Below are positions 34,895 through 47,120 of a stretch of 64,000 nucleotides of DNA, one piece after another. Made by a program: the position numbers and the translations under genes. Position 1 is the stretch's first letter, and every line of letters starts with the position of its first letter. The stretch is from Dicyema japonicum. Lineage: Eukaryota > Animalia > Dicyemida. The stretch covers positions 140,679 through 204,678 of the forward strand of contig RDEW01000039.1 in the NCBI GenBank assembly GCA_011109175.1, in the 5' to 3' direction. The notes under the pieces were generated by a model. It did no database searches. It had not been told where the DNA came from and was given only the letters and a program-made list of their open reading frames with translations.

Positions 34895-35250
34895 TAAAAC
34901 CAAATTAATTATCACGTGATAGCGATGCATTCTAACAGCGACCTCATCTTTGCCCGGTGTTCTTCCCTCGTGCCCGCGCACGAACGTATGCCGGCTGATG
35001 AATATTCAGTCCACATTCCCGTGATCTGGAGTCTAATCTCATAAGGGCCTCCAGAGGCGTAGGTCCGGTTCGGTGATCTTCACAAATTCGACGCTCCGTT
35101 ACTCTGTAAGCCCTCTTTTACATTTCTTCAAATTTGTCCAAGATATGGACGATCCCTGAGAGGCGCATGCATATGAGACACATGGCTCTGTATTGTTTGT
35201 ACACGTTCATCAGGACCGGTGAGTACACGGAGATGAATGAAGACTGAAAT
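34895..35250 (-). mobile_element. LINE family C 3' remnant
   Basis: VLMNVYKQY..CVSYACA motif; ends ATCACGTGATAATTAATTTGG. Confidence 0.45.
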
Positions 35251-35486
35251 AAAGATTAGCTTTTATTCAGACAATTAAAAATTCCTAAAAAAGGAAAAAT
35301 TAGTTCCAAAAACTGGGACGACATAATTCAAAATAAAGACACTAGAGTTAGAATACAAAGCTAAAAAATATGGATCATCAGCGGACAGTTTTAAAAGGAT
35401 ATCATCTGTATCCACAAATACTCTCAATAGAATGACCCCACTCTAGTGAGAGATGAGGAACAGACTAAACAAACAAGAATCTTCAA

Positions 35487-35815
35487 ATATTTATTATTTA
35501 TTTATTAACCCCGGATACACCGAGAAAGAAGTTAAAGTAAACAACTAATAAGTGTATCCAGTTTCCACTTCTACAGAAACAGAGTCCATCCGGAATCAAC
35601 ATAAAAGGTAAGACGTCCGTTACATGCAGTTGTGGAAACCCCTCCAGTGGAGTGGGAAAGAGCAAATGATCCTTTTTCGTGCCGGCCTGGCACTGGGCGC
35701 CACCTAGACAGGTAGATCACATGACGCCACTCTAATAGGAAGAGAGAGGAGGAACAGACAAGCAAGCAGAAAAGTTCAACCAATTAACCACGCAGCACCA
35801 CATGGCGCCACGCGG
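35487..35815 (-). mobile_element. SINE-like family B, full-length copy
   Basis: Runs from 5' CCGCGTGGCGCCATGT to the 3' tail TCGGTGTATCCGGGGTTAATAAATAAATAAT. The flanks share GAATCTTCAA (35477-35486 and 35830-35839), a probable TSD core. Confidence 0.8.
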
Positions 35816-35950
35816 TTTAAAGAAACCAGGAATCTTCAATCAAGTGAGGCATCACAAGGCCTTCAATTTCTTTATTAAGAAATATTCGAAGTAAATAGTT
35901 TAGTTGAAACTTTTCAACTAAAAATATTTTTTTAATTTAAATAAATTCAA

Positions 35951-36725
35951 ATGAGATCCAGTTTGGTGTCTTGTGTAGTTATTATTGTAATTTTCAGAAT
36001 AGGAAAAACATGCACATTTTATACCCAAAAAGCAAAAAAATAAATTCCCTCTCAAATACTGACCACGATGATATATTTTACGACAGGTAGAAAGTGTCAA
36101 AGTAAATTTCAAGCTCTAAAAGACCAAAGCAAAGTTTAGGCAAAATCTTGGAGCACAAAAGTTTTGTGGGAGCGCGTTATCCCTGTCTAGTGACAAATGA
36201 TGCAAAGAGACAGCTGCTACTGCTAAAATCGAGGTAATCTTAATTTAAATTGTTAGTAATTGTGAAGAATGGTCCAATGAGGCACTAGAAAGATGCTTTC
36301 CAATTTTATCTGAAGAGATTTATTTTTTAAGGCCGTCGATTTCCTCGAAGACCCTGTCTTTGAAGACTTTGAATCGGTTTTTTGATCAGGACAAGAAAGT
36401 GGCAAAAAGATTAATACAGATTTTGTCCTCAGATTCAGATTTTTCAACTTTATCTTCATTTTTGAATGAAAAGTTGATTTTGATGCGAAAAAAACTGCGT
36501 CTTGGTCTTCTACGTTATTTTGATGGAAATGATAGTCTCCCATTTTTTGAGGAAGCTAAAAATTATTCAGAATCTGAAGAACCTCGTTCTCCACCAGTTG
36601 AAGGAGCTTTATTACAAATTTGGAGAAGTTATGAAGTTGAGGTTGCCAAGGAAAGTTCAGTTAAAATTGATTTCGAAAATTTAAAGCGACAACTTTCTGT
36701 TAAATTTCCCTCCAATGATTTATAA
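35951..36725 (+). CDS. Hypothetical protein, about 233 aa, 4 exons
   Basis: Three GT-AG introns (23, 27, 23 nt) join ATG 35951 in frame to the long ORF ending at 36725. No family recognised. Confidence 0.6.
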
Positions 36726-36829
36726 TTTTAAGAGGTTTTAATTATTTTAAGTATTATTTTTTATTAAATGATGCTTTTTTATTTCTGGTCATTTATAGTA
36801 ATTAAACAAATTATTTTATTTCTGGTCAT

Positions 36830-37720
36830 TCAAGCTAACTTCATCAATGGAAGATGGGCCCGGGCATACACGGATGGGAGCAAATCAGTTTCAAGATTAA
36901 TACCCAGTGGTGCCCCACAAGGTTCCTCTTTATCACCCGCCTTATTTAACTTATATATATCATTTACCACAACCCGATAATAAAGACGATTTCCTCCTAT
37001 CATATGTTGATGACCTATTAGTCGGATCCCGGGATCAAGATCTCCTAATGGCATCAGAAAGACTAGAAAAATACCTTCACAAAATTCAAATCGTCCTTAT
37101 TGACCTCAGACAAACGACTTGGACAAATGACCGTGATTTATCAACCAAACAAAAATTCCTTTCACAAAGAAACTAAAAATCTTGGGGATCATCTTCGACA
37201 CACACACATGTCCTTTTCATCTCATGTCGACGGCATCTCTGGAAGCTGCTCAAGAAAGCTAGGGATAATCAAATTTATTTTCGGTGACATTAAAACCCCT
37301 TCCCAGCTTTGAAATTGTTGTACAAACAATTCATTGAGCCATCTATCAGCTATGCATGTGCGATCTGTTCTGGACGAACAAACAAAGAATCTGCGAAATT
37401 CAGTCCTTAACAGCCTCTACTATTAGTAACTTCGGAAAACTAGAAAAACTAATCCTTTCATCACTTGAAGATATTAGCCAACAAAATGGAAAGGGATTTG
37501 CTTTCCTGTGCAGGCAGTGCAACTCCCAACAGTACACAATCAGGACCCAATTTCTATTCCCCTAATCATCCCGCCCACAGAGAAGTTGGGTTGGATCCCA
37601 GAAGGCGCACAAGGAGAGGATGAGAAATCTGATTGAGGTCTTCGAGATTACTTAATTAATTTAGTAATTAAATTAACTATTATTGTTCTTGGATTAATAA
37701 TTTAATTTCTCGGTGTGGGT
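36830..37720 (+). mobile_element. I/Jockey-group LINE RT plus 3' end
   Basis: LIPSGAPQGSSLSPALFNLY, SYVDDL, KNLGIIFD, LYKQFIEPSISYA; ends TTCTCGGTGTGGGTTAAATAAA (family B-like tail). Confidence 0.8.
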
Positions 37721-37759
37721 TAAATAAAAAAATAAATTTCTCGGTGTATCATGGATTAG

Positions 37760-37920
37760 CACAAAGAAAACACTAGCATCTGCTGACCTGGACACCCTGA
37801 GGGATCTGGCTAAGAACAGAAAAGCCTGGAATAAGCTAACTCTTTCTCTTGTCTTTTTTAATGCACACGTGGGGCTATAAATATTATGGCTCTCGTGAAA
37901 GTGCTATTAATAATAATAAT
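37760..37920 (+). mobile_element. RTE LINE extreme 3' end
   Basis: KKTLASADLDTLRDLAKNRKAWNKL, then the tail GGCTCTCGTGAAAGTGCTATTAATAATAAT. Confidence 0.75.
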
Positions 37921-37924
37921 CATG

Positions 37925-38168
37925 GGTTAGCCGGGATTGGCAGTGTCATAAGTGCCGGAGAGAATCCTGATCGTTACGGGTTAGCATCTCTCTACTGTAC
38001 ATTTTGGTTGAAGACTCCACTCATCTACTATGCTTTGGATTGACGAGTGGTTTCGTCATCAGTGAATGCGGAACCAGATTGAATAGCATTTCTGGTTAAC
38101 TTTCTACGATTGTTGTCATAACTGTTCTTTACTTGAATAAAGTATTTGTCCTGCCTGAGAGGAGCTAT
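37925..38168 (+). mobile_element. SINE family A, divergent copy
   Basis: Degenerate tRNA head, core CATCTACTATGC..TTGACGAGTGG..CGTCATCAGTGAATGCGGAACC, and tail AATAAAGTATTTGTCCTGCCTG. Confidence 0.7.
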
Positions 38169-38289
38169 GTGTGTCTTTCTACCAGTAATACCGATGCAGG
38201 TAGCCTAACGGTTAAGGTGTCATATCTGAACACTGGTCTTGGGTCTGAATCCCTCTATTGGCTATTTAAATTGTGCAATTAAAGCGGAC

Positions 38290-40650
38290 TAGATGAAATC
38301 AACAATGATTTCCGCCTGATTCTGCACCCTTCGAATTGCCCACACACGGCATGGGATTTGCATAGAAAAAAGAACTGAACAATCGAATCCACAAGACGTG
38401 GAGGGTGAGCGATAGAATGTGTGTTTTACAATTAAAATACGGTGAAAGGAACAATTCCATAATCTCCATTATTAATGTATATGCACCAACTTCGATGAGA
38501 GTATCAATCAATGGAGACGAACTAGACGACTTCTATTCCTCCCTGTCGCAACTATATGCATCTTTGGAAACATCGTTCATGACATACATCGCCGGAGATT
38601 GGAACGCAAAGACAGGACGTGGGAGTAGTCACGAAGAATTCATGGGAAGCCATGGAAGGGGATCAGGAACCATTTAGGAGAATCGCTTATCAAATTTTGC
38701 AATACATTCAAACTATTTCTATCTAATACTGCTTTCAGGCACTCAGCAAGACATAAGACGACATGGAGCTGCTACCGAAAGGACAAATCTGGGACTATCA
38801 AGCCTATATATAACCAAATATATTACATTATCTGCAAACAAGCCTACAAGGCACTGCTAACAGATTCTCGGAGCTACAGTGGGACACTAGTAGATAGTGA
38901 TCACAGATTGGTTGTGGCACGTTTCCTTTTCAAACGATATTTTGGGGTTTCCAAAGCGGCTGGCATGAGGATATCTGAGGGGAGGTTCGCAGTAGAGCAA
39001 CTCTGCATGGTGGGACCGACTCGGGAAAGCTATCAAAATACATTGAGAGAAAAGATCAGACAGTGGAATAAAGAAAAAATGCCTGGGAGCTGTGGTAAGA
39101 CACCATCGATGCAATAATGTGCGCGGCCCATTTAACAGTTGAAGTAAAACCGAAGCATTTCAACGGGCACTATGACCACGAGCTTGAAGAATTATCTAAA
39201 TTGCAGAGGAACCTACGTTTACAGGTCGAAACCTGTCAGGACCAGGCAAAGGAACACACTCTAAGAGTCATGCGGAACCAAACCCTGTATAAAATAAAGA
39301 AAAGAACGAGGAAATAAAGGAAAATAAACTTGCTGGAATGGCTAAAGAAGTAGAAAGACTCAAAAACGGAGCGCAGATGTTCAAGGCTGTTCACCTACTA
39401 CATAGAGACACGCAGTCTTCAAAAATCACAATACATGACCAGTTTGGAAAGACTATGTTTAACAAAAATGAAATTCTATCGGCCATATCCAGCCATTATC
39501 AGCAGACATCAAAAGTACAAGGGGGCTATTGGCATCCTTTGGCATGGATATGTCCAAAGCCTTTGACTCTATACACAGAGGGAGACTTTTGGATATCTTG
39601 GAGAAGTTGGTTGACGAGGACAGTGTCAGAATGATCCGCCTATTACTTGGAACAACGCAGCTAAATGTACGTTTTGGAAATTTGGAGTCTGTCCTATTTG
39701 AGACAACGTTTGGGGTACCGCAGGAGATTTACTTTTTGTGACATATCTGGAGGCGGCATCAGTGACTTTAGACTATTAACTGGCGACTTACCTCAAACTG
39801 AAGTGATTTATGCAGATGATATCGACTATATATCCAGCGACGAGAAAACATTAAACTATATACGGACAAGGATGCCACATGTCCTAGAAAAATGGTTCAT
39901 CAAAATCAATACGGAAAAGACGGAGACAACTACCATACGCCGTGAACTAACCCGAACTGATGAAAAATGGAGATACTGTAAAAAATTGGGGTCGTTGCTC
40001 GGAGACGCTGAGGATATCACTAACAGGAAGATGTTGGCCGTCGCGGCCTTTAGAAAAATGGGAGTAGTCTGGAATCATCGTAAACAAATTAGCACACAAT
40101 TACGTGTGAGACTATACAATGCCTTCGTGAAACCAGTCCTAATGTACAACGCTGCAACCTGGGGTGTCTCAGAAGCGGTAATGGACAAACTAGATGCCTT
40201 CCATCGTAACAACTCCGACTGTTGCTTGGCATCAACTGGCCAAAAAAATTACAAACAAGAATCTATACAAAGTATGTAATACAAGACCATTGAGTCTGGA
40301 TATCCTGGAATCAAGATGGCGTCTGTTTGGTCACATCCTTCGAATGAGCCAGATGACGCCTGCTAAAATAGTAATAGAGAACTATTTCTGCCCAGAAGTG
40401 AATACCTCGTTCCGTGGAAGACCTCGCATAACTTTGCCAGAGGTTCTACACAAGGACCTGACCAATGTAGGACAAAAGCTGAAAACAGGAGATGATCTGG
40501 ATACGCCTGTAACCGCGGAGCATGGAGAAAGTTAGTCAAGAGAATTGTGGAAGAAAGAATAACCTGAAGAAAAATACGGCACAAGCGGAACCTTAATTAA
40601 ATAAATTACATTTTTGGTTCTTCGAAAGTGCTATTAATAATAATAAAGCG
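38290..40650 (+). mobile_element. Degenerate RTE-clade LINE (APE plus RT), frameshifted
   Basis: IINVYAPTS, YIAGDWNAKTG, SDHRLVVA, DMSKAFDSIHR, FGVPQ, IYADDI, LYNAFVKPVLMY, WRLFGHILRM, RGRPRITL; tail TTCGAAAGTGCTATTAATAATAA. Confidence 0.9.
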
Positions 40651-41417
40651 GCTTCATATGATCTACTCATCTCAGGTGACGCCCAGTGGCAAAATGGTAC
40701 GAAAAAGAATTATTTGCTCTCCACCACTTAATTGAGGCTTTATCACAATTGCAGGGACTAACTGGACGTTGTCTTTTTTTTCGTCGGTTCTGTATGGACT
40801 TGGTGGCATTGGAAGAACGCTACAACTGTGTGAACTGGATACAATTAATTAGTTGTTTACCATTAATTTCTTCCTCGGTGTATCGGGGGTTAATAAATTA
40901 AATACCAGCTTAGAGCACTTGGAAATAATACACAATCGATGTTTTAAAATCTTATCGCGACTCTTGAAAGACTTAGCTGCCATAACCTGACGAAACGCCA
41001 GCAAGACTTTTTCAAAATTCCAAAGTCTCCAGAGCATCCTTTTGTGTCTGAAGTCAGATTATATCTGAAAGCCTTGCAAAGCTAAAAGAAGAAACCTTTT
41101 CATTTATGGTGTTCATGGGTACTAAGAAAATTGTGTTCAGAGTGACTGGGCAATAAACTTCTGAAAGGAAATGCTTTTCTTCAATTCCTTTGGAATCCCT
41201 GCTTTTAAGAGGCGTGGAATGCGCCCATGTTTATTTATTTCAAGGTCAACAATAGGACTAAGCTAAGTGTAGACACCAAAATCATTTAATTAGACGATAG
41301 CACTTATCGACATATGGGAGGGTCCACTTTTGGTTATTACTTTTTTGTTAGCCTTGAATGGACTGAATGCAAATAAATAACTAAATAAAATGAAAAAAAT
41401 CGAAAAAACCACGGCAA

Positions 41418-41620
41418 CATCAAACTAACTAATCACGTGATCCCAGCACGCTCTAATAGAGAGTTCAACTTGGCCCGATGCTCCTCCCTCAAGCCCACAC
41501 AAGCCCGTATCGGCCGTATAACTTGATCTTTGTAGTCGCAACGGCACTTTCCTCGGTTCTACGTATTAAGAATTCCAGAGGAATTGGAGACGAACTTTCC
41601 AGAAATCTGTTGTTCCGTAA
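41418..41620 (-). mobile_element. LINE family C 3' end
   Basis: GKCRCDYKDQVIRPIRACVGLREEHRAKLNSLLERAGIT*. Confidence 0.7.
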
Positions 41621-42439
41621 TTTTATAAGCCCCCTTTTGGCTAACTTGATCTTCAAGGACTAATTTTGATTCGGTAGCAAAAAATGGATTTCTGTTTTAT
41701 TTTGGAGAAAATATTTTTTAACTGTCTCTTTTTGAAAACCAGTCTTATTCGGTCCCTAAATTTTACCTCATTAGGATCACTAACAGTCAGACAAGTGGTT
41801 AATTGGAGGACTGAAATTGTGATGTAAGAGATCCAGGCGCCTTTCTTGTGCGAATAAACTAAATCAGGGGTTCTCAACCTTTTTTTACTCGTCGACCCCT
41901 TGACTTTTTTTTCGACCCCCTAATATTTAATCGACCCCTTAAAACTTTTTTATTTAGAACAGACAATTCTAAGTAAAATTAGTTAACTATCTAAAATGAA
42001 TTCATTGTTAATGATCAAATCAAACAAAAAAAGTACTCGATGTTAAGTTGGTATCTTAGCATAAATCTATAATAAAAAAAAGAATTAAATACCATTGGGA
42101 TCCCTGTGACTGATGTTTTTTGACCAAAGATTCGATATCTGGCTCTCTGTGTTATTTTTAACCGGATATCTCCTTTAGTGGACACATCCAATCTGTTTCG
42201 TTCTTTATTTACAATTCGATGTAGAATGCTAAATCCGCATTCAACACAGTATGATGTCGGAAAATAGAGTAGCAATTGTGCTATTTCTGTCCACAATTTT
42301 AGATAACTCTCTTTTAAAAAATAACGGGTGATTGTGAATCATTATAATATAGTTTTAATTCTGGATGAATTTTAACATAATTAATTCCTCTTTAATATTT
42401 TTCTTTTTTTTTTCTTTTTTTTTAATCAAGACATATTTA

Positions 42440-42640
42440 TTTATAACAATAAATCGTTCTAAAGTCCAGCGGATATGATCGAGTGGCTGTTACCTCTGAC
42501 TACTGCTAGGGATTATCCTTTGGAAAAGCCACTCGTTTCCCGACGCTCCCTCGAGGCTTTGGTCAATAGACACCCAAGTGCTCTAAGGAAAGAGACCGTC
42601 TTGGGGCCAAAGACTCCGCTCGTCTCGACGACCACTGGCT
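42440..42640 (-). mobile_element. CRE-like 3' end nested in the hAT
   Basis: PVVVETSGVFGPKTVSFL..LAVVRGNSHSI. Confidence 0.7.
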
Positions 42641-43084
42641 GTACATATTTTTCTTATATACAAATTTTCATATGAAAACCAAATTTTTATATGGAATCTT
42701 CTTGTCATTCAAAATAATTTGACTACGGAAAAAATAGAAAATCCAGTCGTATCAGTTGCCAAATATTTGACGAATTATAAATCTTCTGTAAAAAGAGCAT
42801 GATCGTCAAAATATCTTAAAGGGTAAGCTTCTAATAAAATTAACATGACACATCCTATTAGACTTGATTGGTCGTCACATATATGACTTTCGACAATTTG
42901 AAGGGAAAAAATAGTATTTTTAAGCCTTTCACATGAAATATGTTCAACATTATCTGACATTTCGTGGATTCTTAATATTTCGTCGGAATTTAGACCCATC
43001 AGATCTGATGGAATCACTGATATAGATGGTTTGATGAGATATTCACCAGAAACATGGGAACTCTCATTTTTGGCAATAATCATT

Positions 43085-43820
43085 GGTACGGATAACACTA
43101 TCTACCTTAATTTGGACCCTGGTGTTCTCTACTACAGATTGCACCTTATGAGTCCGCAAATTTCTGGTGTGGCGAATACCATACTTATTGCATAGTAGAA
43201 GATGAAGACTCCTTACTACCTCGTTATGCCTCCACACATAGTCGTGGCAGAGCATGGATCCACATCGAGTGGCTAAATGATCAACCGACATTCTCCTTGA
43301 CTTACAGTGGGACATGTATTTGTTGATCGACCCCAAAAAATATTGCGGTCTTGCGTATACGTGTACAGCGCCTCCAATTGAGGTGAGTTATCACCGTATT
43401 TAGCCATATTGTCGACGACTTAAGGTCGACATGTGGGTTGTCCAATGCTCTGAAGAGGACTTATGAAGACTTTTTAAGTTGATCTTTTCCATCAAATTAT
43501 TATATTGTAATTCGATCAACGCCTTCAAATTTACTAGCCCACCATCATCAACACCATACTTAGCAGACTAAAAAGGTCTGATAGTGCCTAAGTGGGTTGC
43601 CCGTGTTTTCTCGGTCGTTATTATGGCGTGCTTCCTAGCAGACACACTTGACCCAGCTATCAGGGTGTCGTGCATTCGCATTAGGATACACTCACTCAGT
43701 TGGACTACTACACAGTCCACGGCCGAATTTATCACGGGGTACATATAGTCTCTCCTTATTGGCTGCCAGCACATGGACATGGTTCTCTTTGGGTACTCCA
43801 CGGATCATGACATCCATCTC
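43085..43820 (-). mobile_element. R4/Dong-like (RLE) non-LTR fragment nested in the hAT
   Basis: SVDHLATRCGSMLCHDYVWRHNEVVRSLHLLLCNKYG..VENTRVQIKVD. Confidence 0.75.
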
Positions 43821-43974
43821 ATCATAATCCACAACACAAAAAATTAAAAATATTAAATTTATTTTCGACCCCCAAGTATTTCAATTTCGACACCGTTACG
43901 ATCGATCTGGAATGATTTTAGACCCCTGGGGGTCGAATCGACCCCAGGTTGAGAACGCTGGGCTTGATGACACT

Positions 43975-44330
43975 AGCAAATTTTCGAAAGAATTCCCGCA
44001 TACAGCATCGCCTAGGGCCCGGTGAGAGAGCGGAAGGCAGGGAAAGCTGATAAGTACGGCTCCAGGCCTCACGAGCATGGCCGGCGTCCTGGTCAATAGA
44101 GAATTCAGGGAGGGAGTGTAGAATCCTCTTGACAAGGGTGTTACAGGCCATTAGCGACGAGAGATATGCAGGGAGAGAAAGGTCTACTGGTTGCAACTTC
44201 CAAGCCCCTCGAGTCTGACTGGCAGCGTGGCTTGCTTTCATGAGTAATCCTCGAACCGGAGGTTGAAGATACGCTCCGCTGTCGAACAGAAGATCCCGTT
44301 AATCTGTTCCAGTTGGTCACACTTGGTGAA
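43975..44330 (-). mobile_element. CRE-like retrotransposon post-RT fragment
   Basis: DLSLPAYLSSLMACNTLVKRIL motif, as at 8810-8950. Confidence 0.6.
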
Positions 44331-44595
44331 ATGTTACATTTTATTATACGACAACTAAGATCCTTTAATTTTTATATTTTTAAATGTTAGATGTTATCCT
44401 TTTAAGTTCTTTTTTCTTATTAGTGCAAGATTTAATAATTTTTAAGTGCTAGAAACAACTTGATGTGATTAGCAACAATTTGGATTGAAATTCTACATAT
44501 TATGATAATTTACTGATTTAGTAATTAATAAATTCATAAAATTAAAAGAAAGATTATTTAATGTATTCAAATAAAAATAAATTTTATTAATTATA

Positions 44596-45777
44596 ATGAT
44601 TGCCCTAATTTTCATTTTTTACTTTTTATTTCATTACTTCATTTCATCTAAAATTCATTTCAAATACGAATCAATCAATTATTCACTTAAGGACGATGAA
44701 TATTATGAAATCCAATGGAATAATTTCATAGAAAAATATAGTTAAATTTATTTTTACTTATTTTACAGATAAATCATATTCTGGCTTAGAACTCCAAGTT
44801 AGAAAGGCTATTTTTACTGAAAACTTGAGATTTATTGACAACCACAATTCACTTTTTAATAAAGGAAAATTTTTGTATGAATTGGGAATTAATCAGTTTG
44901 CTGACTTGGTTTATTTACAATATATTTTTGTAGACCAGAAGAGAATTTATCAAACCAAACGAATTCAATTTATATAATACTTACAATTCTCATGATACAC
45001 TTGAAGACAAACTACTCGGAGATTATAAAGTGCATGTAAATGAAAGAAAATATCATTTGTCCTTAAATTGGATAAAACGAAACGTTGTAACTGATATAAA
45101 ATCGCAAGGATTGGTTTTGGGGTCATGCTTTGCATTTGGCGCAGTTAAGGACTGTTTAACGTATTTAGGTGGCTACGTTGGAGTCACATTTGGCGATCAA
45201 ACATAATATACTTGTATCTATGAGCGAACAAAATCTAGTTGATTGCTCTCATATACCGGGATCTACAGGAGGAAGTCCCGAACAAGCTTATGATTACGTT
45301 AAAAAAAACGGAGGAATTAATTCTGAAAAAAGATATCCATATATGGCAAAGGTAATTTTTCCACAAATAATTGTGTAGAGGAGTAAATGCAAATATGAGG
45401 TCAACCAGATATTAAATTTAATTTGACTGGTTATAAAATACTTAAAACAGGTGATGAAAGAATGCTTTTGCAAGTTCTCGTGGATGTTGGTCCTGTAAGT
45501 GTTGGTGTTGCAGGTTCTATGAAAAGATTTAAATGGTATTTTGGAGGTAAAAATATACATGAAATGTTTAGGAGTTTTCCATATCAAAAATTGCATAAAT
45601 TTAAAGTATAACCATCTAGTTTCTGTCGTCGGTTATGGAGTATCAAAGGGAGAAAAGTATTGGCTCATAAAGAATGGATGGGGGGAAATATGGGGTATAT
45701 TTGGCTACATGAAAATGGCACGAGAGAAGAATAACTGTGGGTTTCCTTTCTACGCCATTTATCCCATAATCGAATAA
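44596..45777 (+). CDS. Cathepsin L-like papain-family (C1A) cysteine protease; 6 exons
   Basis: Hydrophobic signal peptide; ERFNIN ([20 protein letters not shown]) and GINQFADL propeptide motifs; [39 protein letters not shown]. Introns are 28, 25, 25, 27 and 25 nt. Confidence 0.9.
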
Positions 45778-46454
45778 TTTAGTCGTTTAATTAGATAACT
45801 TAATTTTACAAGGGTTTTAGCCAAATTATTTTAACCAATTTGAATAAAAACGAGGCATAAGCAACTGAAAGCATAAGCAGAAAATCACTAGGAGGAGTCT
45901 TACTTACATCTTCCCTTCGAGGCATTTGTGAGGAAAAGGGAGCCATGATGACATTTCCAAAATTTCCAAAAATAACACGAGCGTACGGGAAGTGGGCCAG
46001 ATCTTGAGACGAACATCTAGCAAAGGTGAGATGGCTGTTTAAGAAGGTCGATCACTTGACGTCCGTGTATTTCCTTAAATTTGGAATGTTCTATCCCAAG
46101 TGAGCGAACTTGTATTTGCTTCCTACATTTGAACATATTTGGCGGTTATTAGATCTTAAAGTAATCAATGATTATCAAACATAACTTCCCAAAGATATCA
46201 ATTCTTAAATCTATCAATTCTTAATTGATTGAAAATTTACAAATTCTTCGAATTTTGAGATCTCAAATGAGCATTAATTTTAGAACGTATGCCTTATTTA
46301 ATATTTTAATAAACGATCTCTGATAAACTCAAAGTCGACTTCTGAAATCAAAATTTTTGGCTTCGATACAGTTTTCCGATGTACTTAGGAAATATCAGTC
46401 AAGAAGATCTGGATGGTGCTACTTGATATTTGTTAAAGACGGACTCGTATAGAT

Positions 46455-47120
46455 TTTATTTATTATTTGTTTACCCCCGGTCCCTTCAAGTGAAAGAAAC
46501 CAGTGACTAACAAAAACGTTACAGCCAAGAGCGAACACTCCCAGAGATCTGATATGTATATTTGGTTCTATAGAGAACTAGGAGTTGCAACCGGACAAGA
46601 GAAGAGGTAACCCGTCTTCTAGTTGTCAAGAAAGCACGATGGAGATAGTGGAGAAGAAGATTGTCCAATCCTGTACAGATATGAGTGTAAATCCAAGTGA
46701 TGACCATTGTTTTATGTAGTCTCAGGAATGGTTTTTACAATCAGAATTTGATCACCAAGAGTAGGAATAATTCTCCTTTTGTTTTGAGACCCAAAGGCAG
46801 CGAGCTTGATGTCCCAGTGTTTTTCACTTGTCAAGGAATTGTAGACTGAGCATTTTGAAATGTTCCCTAATTCGAAGAATTTTTGATTCCCAGCCTAGGT
46901 GGTCAGTTGGTGTGGTTTTTATACTTCCAGTAATTATTCTTAGAGCAGAGTTTTGAGTCGTTTGTATTTTTTTCGACGTTTTTATTGATAAAAAGGGACA
47001 ACAGACAGATACAGCGTAGTTCATCGTTGATAAATTGTCTGTAGATAAGTTGAATTGACGATTGTTTCTAGTTGAAAGCATTATTGATGACTTTTAACTA
47101 GATTGGATGAGGAGATTTTG
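46455..47120 (-). mobile_element. I-group LINE 3' fragment with type-E tail
   Basis: QNSALRIITGSIKTTPTDHLGWESKIL; tail GGTTTCTTTCACTTGAAGGGACCGGGGGTAAACAAATAA. Confidence 0.75.

Larger units (their letters stand above)
41865..43960 (-). mobile_element. hAT (Buster/Charlie-type) DNA transposon, internally deleted, with nested retroelements
   Basis: Termini CAGGGGTTCTCAACC and GGTTGAGAACGCTG; subterminal TCGACCCC repeats at both ends. Transposase pieces IAKNESSHVSGEYLIKP..FSLQIVES (42775-43098) and LLLYFPTSYCVECGFS..KERNRLDV..GDIRL (42015-42296). Confidence 0.8.

Noticed and set aside
15200-35815. Minus-strand bias of TE fragments
   Set aside because: Several plus-strand copies are present and stacked elements are not independent, so significance cannot be established from one window.
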